Positions 19,271-26,422 of a DNA stretch of 64,000 nucleotides are shown piece after piece (the first letter of the stretch is position 1; every line of letters starts with the position of its first letter). A program made the translations under genes and the position numbers. Source of the DNA: an uncultured Candidatus Binatia bacterium (lineage in GTDB: Bacteria > Desulfobacterota > Binatia > UBA9968 > JAJDTQ01); NCBI GenBank assembly GCA_965214905.1, contig OZ243984.1, positions 3,963,802-4,027,801 on the forward strand. The letters are read 5' to 3'. The notes under the pieces are model-generated. The model saw nothing but the letters and a program-made list of their open reading frames with translations, did not search any database and had not been told where the DNA came from.

Positions 19271-20044
19271 TCACGCCGGCCCGGCGACGGCGATGACCCA
19301 GTCGGCCTCAATGCGCCGCACCACGGCCCGCACGCCGTAGACCTCGGCCATGCGCTCCCGCGTCAGCGTTGTTTCGGCGGGACCGTCCGCGACCATGCGT
19401 CCGTCCCGGATCCACGCAAGCCGGTCCGCGAAACGCGCGGCGAGGGCGGCCTCGTGCAGCACCACCAGGGCGCCGTTGCCGGCGTCGACGTAGGCGCGGA
19501 CGAGGGCCATAACGTGGTGTTGGTGCAGCGGATCGAGGGCCGCGGTGGGCTCGTCGGCGAGCAGGAGCGGCGCCTCCGCGGCCAGGGTCCGGGCAACATG
19601 AGTGCGCGACCGTTCCCCGCCCGAAAGCGTGTCGCACCGGCGGTCGGCGAGGGTATGGAGATCACAGGCGGACAGCGCGCGTTCCACCGAGGCAGCGTCC
19701 TCGCCGCCCAGCCGTCCGGGCGAGGCGCCGTGGGCGAATCGTCCGAGGGCCACCACGTCGCGCACCCGCACCGGCCACGCCAACGGCCGCGACTGCGGCA
19801 GGTAGGCGATGCGCCGCGCCCGCTCGGCCGCGGGGAGCCGGGCCGGGTCGTCGCCGCCCGCGCGGACCGTGCCGCGGCTGCGCTCCACAAGACCCAGCAC
19901 CGCGCGAAGCAGCATGGTCTTGCCGGCGCCGTTGGGGCCCAGCAGGGCGACCAACTCCCCCGGCGCCACCCGCAGGGACACGCCGCGCACCACCTCGTGG
20001 CGCCCCAGCGTCACGTCGACGTCGCACAGCACCAGCTCAGTCAC
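19271..20044 (-). CDS. ABC transporter ATP-binding protein, FecE/HmuV/BtuD type
   Basis: Walker A GPNGAGKTMLL, signature LSGGERSR, Walker B LLLADEPTAALD. The likely GTG start at 20044 overlaps the permease stop by 8 nt (GTGACTGA). The track ORF extends to 20068. Confidence 0.85.
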   Translation of the reverse strand: MTELVLCDVDVTLGRHEVVRGVSLRVAPGELVALLGPNGAGKTMLLRAVLGLVERSRGTVRAGGDDPARLPAAERARRIAYLPQSRPLAWPVRVRDVVALGRFAHGASPGRLGGEDAASVERALSACDLHTLADRRCDTLSGGERSRTHVARTLAAEAPLLLADEPTAALDPLHQHHVMALVRAYVDAGNGALVVLHEAALAARFADRLAWIRDGRMVADGPAETTLTRERMAEVYGVRAVVRRIEADWVIAVAGPA

Positions 20045-21026
20045 TGGACGCCCGCCTCCTCGCCGCAATCCATACGAACACCGGCGCCCCCATCAGCGCC
20101 GCCACCACCCCGAGCCTGAGCTCGGTATCCGTCGGCGCCACCCGTACCCCGAGGTCGGCCACAACAAGCAGGAACCCCGCGAGCAACGCGGACGGCGCCA
20201 GCGTCCGGGCGGGGTCGTGGTTGACCCAGGGGCGCACCAGGTGCGGTGCGACGATGCCGACGAAGCCGATGGCGCCGGCGATGGACACCGCGGCGCCGGT
20301 GGCCAGACCCGCGCCCACCACTATCAGGCGCCGGGTCCGGGGCAGATCGACCCCCACGCCCGCGGCCGTCTCCTCGCCCAGGGTCAAGGCCGAAAGGCTG
20401 CGCCGTCCGGCGAACAGGATCGCCAGACCCGCCACCAGGAAGGGCGCGGCGGGCACGAGGTCGGCGAAGCTCCGGTTGGCGACGGTGCCGAGCATCCAGT
20501 TCAGCATGTCGGACAGGGAAAACGGATGCGGCGCCAGGTTCATCAGCAACGCCATCACGGCGCCGGCGAAACTCGACAGCCCGACCCCCACCAGGATGAG
20601 CGTCACCACCGAGCCCACCCGCGCGGCCGCCACCGTCAGCAGCGCGGTAGCCGTCAGGGCGCCGGCGATGGCGGCCACGGGCAGCGCGACGGCGCCGGCG
20701 TTTGCGAGTCCGTAGTAGAGGACGAAGGTGGCGCCGAGGGCGGCGGTGGCGGATACGCCGAGGACTCCGGGCTCGGCCAGCGGATTGCGCAGCAATCCCT
20801 GCAACGCCGCGCCGGACGCCCCCAGCGCCGCGCCCACCACCAGCGCGGACACGGCCCGCGGCAGCCGGATCTCCCACACCACCACGCGGTCGCCTGCCGA
20901 TGCCCCGCCCAGCAGGGCTGCGGCCACGCGGTCCACGCCCAGGGGGATGGAGCCCACCAGACACGCCGCGGCCAGGGCGACGGCGATGGCGGCCGCCAGC
21001 ACGACGACGACGTTGCGGTCGTTCAT
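20037..21026 (-). CDS. FecCD/BtuC-family ABC permease
   Basis: Start at ATG 21026 (MNDRNVVVVLAAAIAVALAAA...), which makes an ATGA overlap with the upstream stop. Sequence: VWEIRLPRAVSALVVGAALGASGAALQGLLRNPLAEPGVLGVS. About 10 predicted TM segments. Confidence 0.9.
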   Translation of the reverse strand: MNDRNVVVVLAAAIAVALAAACLVGSIPLGVDRVAAALLGGASAGDRVVVWEIRLPRAVSALVVGAALGASGAALQGLLRNPLAEPGVLGVSATAALGATFVLYYGLANAGAVALPVAAIAGALTATALLTVAAARVGSVVTLILVGVGLSSFAGAVMALLMNLAPHPFSLSDMLNWMLGTVANRSFADLVPAAPFLVAGLAILFAGRRSLSALTLGEETAAGVGVDLPRTRRLIVVGAGLATGAAVSIAGAIGFVGIVAPHLVRPWVNHDPARTLAPSALLAGFLLVVADLGVRVAPTDTELRLGVVAALMGAPVFVWIAARRRASSD

Positions 21027-21913
21027 GGCTCCGCCCGCGTCGAAACCTCGCTGTCGAGGGCCGCCAGCGCCGCCACCGCGTCGGCGAGGAACCAGCCGCC
21101 GCACGACGTGGTGGCGCCGTCGAGAGCCGCCAGCGGAACCGACTGCATGGCGCGCCTGGCCACGGGATGCCGGAACAGGGTCCAGGCATCGTCATGATTG
21201 GCGCCGGTTCCGAACGTGGCCTCCGCGATCACGTCCGGCGTCTCATAGGCCAGACGTTCCAGAGGAATCGGTCGCCAGCCGGGCCGGGCCTGGAAGTTGT
21301 CGAGGCCCGCGGCCGTGAACAGGTTGTGCACGAGGGTGCCGGGGCCGGCCGTGAAACCCGCTGGCGTCACGTAGAGCGCGCGCGTACCCGGGGTGCGGAC
21401 CCGCGCCCGTCGGAGCCGCGCATCCATCGCGGCGATCAGCGCTTCCCCCCGTTCCGGTACGCCGAGCCCTCGGGCGGCGTCCCGGATCACTGCCCGAGCC
21501 CCGTCCAGGTCGTCCGCCAAGCCGATTTGCAGCACCGGCACGCCTGCGCGCTCGAAGAACGCCCGGGCATTGGGACCGCCGCCGTAGGAGCGAACCACCA
21601 GGTCCGGTTCGAGGATCAGCACGTCTTCCGCCCGCGGGCGAACCGTCCGCAGTCCCGCCGCCGCGGCGCGCATGTAGGAAAAGGCCGCACCGGCGTTCGG
21701 CGAGACCGCCAGGATGTCCCGGCGGTCGGCGAGGCCGAGCACGAATTGGTCGGCGCAGTAGTCCAGGCTCACGATCCGGCGGGCCGCCGGGCGGGCGGGC
21801 GGCGGCGGTTGGCAGGCGGCGAGAACCGTACATGCCGCCAGCGCCAGTGCGACGGATCTCGCCAATGAGGCCAACCGGTTCCGCCGCCGTCGGATGGAGC
21901 ATGCCGGCCACAT
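21023..21913 (-). CDS. Periplasmic substrate-binding lipoprotein, BtuF/FecB class (cobalamin or siderophore)
   Basis: Probable start ATG 21913 (MWPACSIRRRRNRLASLARSVALALAACTVLAAC, lipobox LAAC). Sequence: RIVSLDYCADQFVLGLADRRDILAV...EDVLILEPDLVV, typical of class III binding proteins. Confidence 0.8.
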   Translation of the reverse strand: MWPACSIRRRRNRLASLARSVALALAACTVLAACQPPPPARPAARRIVSLDYCADQFVLGLADRRDILAVSPNAGAAFSYMRAAAAGLRTVRPRAEDVLILEPDLVVRSYGGGPNARAFFERAGVPVLQIGLADDLDGARAVIRDAARGLGVPERGEALIAAMDARLRRARVRTPGTRALYVTPAGFTAGPGTLVHNLFTAAGLDNFQARPGWRPIPLERLAYETPDVIAEATFGTGANHDDAWTLFRHPVARRAMQSVPLAALDGATTSCGGWFLADAVAALAALDSEVSTRAEP

Positions 21914-22084
21914 CGTCCCTGTTCTACGATTCGAGGCCCGGTGGATTGCCCTGTTCATCGGAGAGAAAAACGAGACACGCCGGGTTCTTCGTGTCGTCGT
22001 TTCCGAAGACTTGAACTTTGACGCCGAGATCGTTTCCCGAAACTGCATGATCGAATACTACCACCCCGCTGATGCGGTGTAAGT

Positions 22085-22250
22085 CCCGGCGAAATTTCCG
22101 GTTTGTCCCTCGTTGCCGCGATGGCGAACAAGGCTTTCCGTATGTCCCTCCCACAAGAACTCCAAGTGGCAGGCATTCACAGTAACCAAGTACGGGCAAC
22201 CTTCGAATCGACGCGCTTGACCCGCTTTGTCCCCCGGCTGGTCGAGAGGA
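22085..22250 (-). promoter_or_regulatory. Possible second, divergent cobalamin riboswitch upstream of the binding-protein/permease/ATPase operon
   Basis: Minus-strand RNA: CCGGGGGACAAAGCGGGUCAAGCGCG...GUUGCCCGUACUUGGUUACUGUGAAUGCCUGCCACUUGGAGUUCUUGUGGGAGGGACAUACGG...AACGAGGGACAAACCGGAAAU. It has recognisable but imperfect counterparts of GGGAA-GGUG-AA, CCCGC..ACUGU, GCCACU..GGGAGGG and a weak B12 box. Confidence 0.35.
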
Positions 22251-22412
22251 GAAGTCGAAGCATTGCATGAGCCGCCCGGGCTTGGACCCGTTAGCGTCCT
22301 ATACCAGGGAGACCGAAGTTTACACCCATGCATCTCTCCGTCACCGGTTTGTCCTGCCGCAACACATGGGCTAGATTCGTCGCTCCACCTCATCCGAAGA
22401 GAAAGAAGTGAC

Positions 22413-22610
22413 ATGATCATTCCAACCGAGCCCATCGGCAGCATTCCCCGCCCCGATTATCTCATCGATGCCGTGGGCGCGCATGGCGCCGGCCGGCTTG
22501 ACGACGCGGGTCTGGCCCACGCCACGGACCGGGCCGTGGCGGAGACCGTGGCGCGCGGGTCGAGGGCGCGAAGCTTGCCGGGGACCATCTCGGCTGATCT
22601 CGCGCCGTAA
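22413..22610 (+). pseudogene. N-terminal remnant (about 45 codons) of a MetE-like cobalamin-independent methionine synthase family gene
   Basis: MIIPTEPIGSIPRPDYLIDAVGAHGAGRLDDAGLAHATDRAVAETVAR matches the start of short MetE/UROD-like proteins (M..pTt.iGS.PRp..L). It then degenerates and stops after 65 aa. The DGE...R core is absent in all frames. Confidence 0.45.
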
Positions 22611-22640
22611 AGGTGAGCGCCGAAAACCACGGAGGACGCC

Positions 22641-22949
22641 ATGCAACGAACCCACGATATGGGCGGAGACCCCGAGGCGGGTCCCATTGACCGCTCGCAG
22701 CACCCGATGGACGACTGGGAAGTTCTCGCCGACGCCTTGAACCAGGTGCTGGGAGTGAAGGGCATCAAGCGCACCGACGAGACCCGGCGGGCGCGCGAGG
22801 ATATGGATTCGGAGGCGTACCTCTCGTTGAGCTACTACGAGCGCTGGACCGCCAGCCTGGAAACGATTCTGGTGGAGAAGGGCTTCATGACCCGCGAGGA
22901 GATCGATCGGAAGGTCGCGGAACTGGAAGAGCAGTGGGGCGAGCCGTGA
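22641..22949 (+). CDS. Nitrile hydratase beta subunit, N-terminal half only (equivalent to thiocyanate hydrolase beta)
   Basis: MQRTHDMGGDPEAGPIDRSQHPMDDWEVLADAL...DETRRAREDMDSEAYLSLSYYERWTASLETILVEKGFMTREEI. It carries the HD(L/M)GG start and the YYERW motif of NHase beta. 102 aa. Confidence 0.8.
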   Translation: MQRTHDMGGDPEAGPIDRSQHPMDDWEVLADALNQVLGVKGIKRTDETRRAREDMDSEAYLSLSYYERWTASLETILVEKGFMTREEIDRKVAELEEQWGEP

Positions 22950-23251
22950 GCCCGGCCACGGGTTTCAGGGACGGTCAGGCGGTGCGGGTGAAGTCCCACT
23001 TCAAGCCGGGCCACGTGCGCACGCCGTTCTACATCAAGGGCAAGACGGGGTGGGTGGAGCGGTGCTACGGCGAGTTCCGCAACCCGGAGTCCCTCGGGCA
23101 CGGCGGCGACGGCCTGCCGCGGGTTCGGCTCTACCTGGTGGGTTTCCACCAGCGGGACGTGTGGGACGGCTATGATGCCGTCAGCAGCGACAAGGTATTC
23201 GTCGATATTTTCGAGCATTGGCTGGAGCCCGCCACGGAAGCGGGCGTTTGA
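22946..23251 (+). CDS. Nitrile hydratase beta subunit, C-terminal SH3-like half (equivalent to thiocyanate hydrolase alpha)
   Basis: FRDGQAVRVKSHFKPGHVRTPFYIKGKTGWVERCYGEFRNPESL...RLYLVGFHQRDVWDG...VFVDIFEHWLEP. A GTG at 22946 gives a GTGA overlap with the preceding stop. The track starts this ORF at 22934. Confidence 0.8.
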   Translation: MSPATGFRDGQAVRVKSHFKPGHVRTPFYIKGKTGWVERCYGEFRNPESLGHGGDGLPRVRLYLVGFHQRDVWDGYDAVSSDKVFVDIFEHWLEPATEAGV

Positions 23252-23268
23252 CCCTCACGGGAGGAACG

Positions 23269-23901
23269 ATGGCACACGAGCACGGTCCGGGCGAAGAACA
23301 TGAAGTCGGCCCCAGGCACGAGTTGAGCCACTGGGCCAAGCGCGCGTACGCCATGCGCGATCTCCTCATCGAGAAGGGCGTTGTGACCGAGGAGGACATC
23401 CGGCAGCAGGCGGAGCTCACCGAGTCCAAGACGCCGGCCAACGGCGCCAGGCTGGTGGCCCGGGCCTGGACCGACCCCGACTTCAAGGCGCGGCTCATGG
23501 CCGACCCCAAGAAGGTGTGCGCCGAGTTGGGCATCGACGCCACCACCCTGAACGAGTTCGTGATCCTGGAAAACACGGACCGGGTGCGCCACATGGTGGT
23601 GTGCACCTTGTGCTCGTGTTATCCGCGTCCCATCCTCGGCCGGCCGCCGGACTGGTACAAGAGCTTCAACTATCGCAAGCGGGCGGTGAACGATCCCAGA
23701 GGCGTCATGCGCGAGTTCGGTCTGGAAGTACCCGACGGCGTGGAGGTTCGGGTGCACGACAGCACCGCGGACATGCGTTATCTGGTGATTCCGGCGCGCC
23801 CGGCCGGCACCGAGAACCTGGGCGTCGAAGAGTTGGAGCCACTGGTGACCCGTGACAGCATGATCGGCGTGACGGACGCCCTGTCCGCCCTGCCGGAATG
23901 A
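23269..23901 (+). CDS. Nitrile hydratase alpha subunit, cobalt type (equivalent to thiocyanate hydrolase gamma)
   Basis: ATG 23269 follows a GGGAGGAA RBS. Metal-binding claw VVCTLCSCYPRPILGRPPDWYKSFNYRKR (CTLCSC is the Co-type motif). 210 aa. Confidence 0.9.
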   Translation: MAHEHGPGEEHEVGPRHELSHWAKRAYAMRDLLIEKGVVTEEDIRQQAELTESKTPANGARLVARAWTDPDFKARLMADPKKVCAELGIDATTLNEFVILENTDRVRHMVVCTLCSCYPRPILGRPPDWYKSFNYRKRAVNDPRGVMREFGLEVPDGVEVRVHDSTADMRYLVIPARPAGTENLGVEELEPLVTRDSMIGVTDALSALPE

Positions 23902-23910
23902 GGAACCGCC

Positions 23911-25086
23911 GTGTTTCACGTAGACTTGTCGCCGTTCGGCGTGGACGTCGAGCGGCTCAGGACCGACCGTCTGAGCCGCCTGCGGAGCATCATGCGCACC
24001 CGCGACCTGAGCGCGCTGCTACTGACGGACCCGTTGAACATCCGCTACGCCACCAACACGGTGTTGTGGCTCAATCTGCGGGCCACGGGGGTGCAGCGCT
24101 TCGCGCTCGTGCCGGCCGACGGCGAGCCGGTGGTGTATGAGCGGCTGTTCGGCAGCGAGCGCGCCGCCGGGCTCAAGAAGGCGGGTCCGGTCCAGGGTTT
24201 CGGCGCCTACATGTTCGGCATGCGGCCGCCGGTGGCCACCGAGCACTTCGTCGGCCTCGTGGCGGACGGGCTGGCGCAGATGGGTTTGACAGGAGAGCGG
24301 GTCGGGGTCGACGCGCTGTGTCTTACCGCGGTGGAGCTCCTGCGGAACAAGGGTTTTGCGGTACTGGACGGACTCCCGGCGCTGGGTGAGGCGCGTCAGG
24401 TCAAGACGCCGGACGAGGTGCAGCTCATCCGCTGGACCAGCCGGGCCAAGGAAGGCGGCTATGATCTGGTGCGGGAAGCCGTCCGCAAGCCGCCGGTGCT
24501 GGAGGAACGCCTGAGCCGCATGATGCTCGAATACCTGCTGGAGCAGGGCTTCGAGGCCGGCAGCGAGTTCATCTCGATCTTCGATTCCTCACAGATGGCG
24601 ATTCGGCCCCATCGCGAGCCCATGGGCATGGACCTGGTGATGACCGAGGGGGACCTGGTCATCTGCGACGCCACCGTGTCCGGTCCCGGCGGCTACTACA
24701 GCGACTTCGCCCGGACGTTCTGCCACGGCGCCCCCTCCAGGGCGGACCGGGACCGCTACGCCGAGGCATACGCCACGCTGCAGGAGGCCATCGGCCATAT
24801 CCGTCCCGGTCCGTGCACTGCGTTGTTCGAGCGCTTCGGCCAGACCTCGACGGCTCGACTCCCGGGTCTGGACGGCTTTCACGGCGTCGGCATGTGCATC
24901 TACGAGGCGCCCTGGCTCCGGGGCTTCGACCCGCCGGAGTACCAAGTCTCCCTGGAAGAGAACATGATCATCGCCCTGGAGATCAACCACCACCCGGTGA
25001 AGCTCGAACACCTGCTCCGGGTCACCGGCGACGGCGCCGAGATCCTCTCCACCTATCCCATGGAACCGGAGCTGGTTCCGGCCTAG
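23911..25086 (+). CDS. M24-family metallopeptidase fold protein (Xaa-Pro peptidase/creatinase-like)
   Basis: 391 aa; GTG start 6 nt after a GAGGAA RBS. Creatinase/prolidase-type N-domain (LRSIMRTRDLSALLLTDPLNIRYATN). Pita-bread domain with DATVSGPGGYYSDFARTF, FHGVGMCIYEAP and IIALEI. Confidence 0.75.
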   Translation: MFHVDLSPFGVDVERLRTDRLSRLRSIMRTRDLSALLLTDPLNIRYATNTVLWLNLRATGVQRFALVPADGEPVVYERLFGSERAAGLKKAGPVQGFGAYMFGMRPPVATEHFVGLVADGLAQMGLTGERVGVDALCLTAVELLRNKGFAVLDGLPALGEARQVKTPDEVQLIRWTSRAKEGGYDLVREAVRKPPVLEERLSRMMLEYLLEQGFEAGSEFISIFDSSQMAIRPHREPMGMDLVMTEGDLVICDATVSGPGGYYSDFARTFCHGAPSRADRDRYAEAYATLQEAIGHIRPGPCTALFERFGQTSTARLPGLDGFHGVGMCIYEAPWLRGFDPPEYQVSLEENMIIALEINHHPVKLEHLLRVTGDGAEILSTYPMEPELVPA

Positions 25087-25808
25087 GCGAGCATCTTCTC
25101 CACGAAGAATTCGGCAGCTCTGTAGGAGCTGCGTACCATGGGCCCGGCGGCGACGCAGCGGAAGCCGAGTTGCCTGCCCTGTTCCTCGTAGTCCCGGAAA
25201 CGCTGGACTGTTTCGATGTTCTGGCCGATGACCTGTGGTGCGGCCTCCACGACCTTCGCGAGTGCGCGGATGTCGCCGCGGAAGTCCGGGATCAGCGTCT
25301 CGATGATCAGCTCCGGGCAGCGGCGCCGGGTCTCACGGATGGTATCGGCGAAGACCCCGGCGCCGCCGTCCTCCAGGTCGTCGCGGTCCACGGAGGTGAT
25401 GACGACGTAGCGGAGTTCCATCCGAGCCAGGGCTTCCGCCACGCGTCGGGGCTCGTCCCGGTCCACGGGAATGCCGGCCTTGGCGGTCTTGACGGCGCAG
25501 AACCGGCACCCGCGGGTGCAGACGTCTCCGAGGATCATGATGGTGGCGGTGCCGGATTGCCAGCACTCGGCCAGATTGGGGCAGCGCGCCTCCTCGCACA
25601 CCGTGTGCAGCTTCAACCCGCGGAAGTTGTCCTTGAGGCGGTTGTAGCCGGTCCCGGAAGGCAGTCGGACCTTCAGCCACGGCGGCTTGTGTCCCGCTTG
25701 CGGGCGTGCGTCGAACATCATTTTCCAGACTATCCCACGCCTCGAGAAAAGGCCACCCATCGCCGCCTCCCCTGATGGACCTGTAGTCCCGTTGACAACG
25801 AGACTCAT
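25083..25808 (-). pseudogene. lipA: Lipoyl synthase (lipA) with an in-frame internal deletion of about 80 aa
   Basis: Both cluster motifs are present (CEEARCPNLAECW; CTRGCRFC), as are VVITSVDRDDLEDGGA, IETLIPDFRG and the C-terminal GPMVRSSYRA. However, NIETVQRFRD joins directly to YEEQGRQLGF (junction about 25190/25191). The segment that in E. coli LipA carries TKSGLMVGLGE and GQYLQPS is missing. Confidence 0.7.
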
Positions 25809-25915
25809 TTCGAGATAGGGAGAAGCTCATGTCACGTTACGGGAAAGCTATTCACGTTACGCGAGAGGCGATGTTCTACGCAAGAGATAATCCCTTGCGT
25901 AGAAACCAAAGTCAT

Positions 25916-25938
25916 CCCCCCCCCCCCCCCCCCCCCCC
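25916..25938. repeat. 23-nt poly-C (poly-G on minus strand) homopolymer in the lipA / giant-adhesin intergenic region
   Basis: Read directly: C run 25916-25938. About 450 nt of strongly C-rich, G-poor + strand sequence follows (to about 26390), up to the adhesin RBS. Confidence 0.95.
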
Positions 25939-26422
25939 ACGGCGGGGGCTCATCAGCCGCCCCATAACGCCCACCCCCCCTTCGCCCCTCCTTCACGCAC
26001 ACCCCACCATCAACGCCCCTCAACACATTCTCCCCCGACCCCTGCTCCACCATCACAGATCTATCCGACTGACCCGGCCCGCTTCCCACCGCTACCAGTG
26101 TTGCGGGTAACACGGCTCCCGCTCCTGTCGCTCCCGTCCCCGCTGTTGTTCCTACTGTCGGCGCAACACGCGCGGACGCCACACTTGTCCCTCTCGAACC
26201 GGAGCCTGCTTGACCGCCATCCCCGCACTACGACGCTGAAACTCACCCCATTCAATGGGACCCTGACCACGGCACCAGCAGCAACCTTCATGGACTGCAC
26301 GACGGCTGACGCCACCGCCTGTGCCAAAATCCTCTCGTTTTGCCGCCATCCGAAGGTCAACCCTTTCGGTTCCCTGTCCACCAGCGGGTAGCAGCACGAG
26401 AAGGGCGCGAAGGAGAGTCGTC

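Noticed and set aside
17836-19296. 486-aa + strand ORF
   Set aside because: It overlaps the cobalamin riboswitch and the whole SDR epimerase gene on the opposite strand. It is R/G/H/D-rich low-complexity sequence.
22304-22314. B12-box-like CCAGGGAGACC on the + strand upstream of the metE-like stub, suggesting a + strand cobalamin riboswitch
   Set aside because: The + strand lacks the GGGAA-GGUG, CCCGC-ACUGU and GCCACUG-GGGAAGG blocks. Those blocks are found, imperfectly, on the minus strand instead.
25829-26182. ORFs 25829..26110 (+, poly-Pro) and 25832..26182 (-, poly-Gly) across the C23 tract
   Set aside because: They exist only because of the homopolymer. They have no RBS and low-complexity composition.
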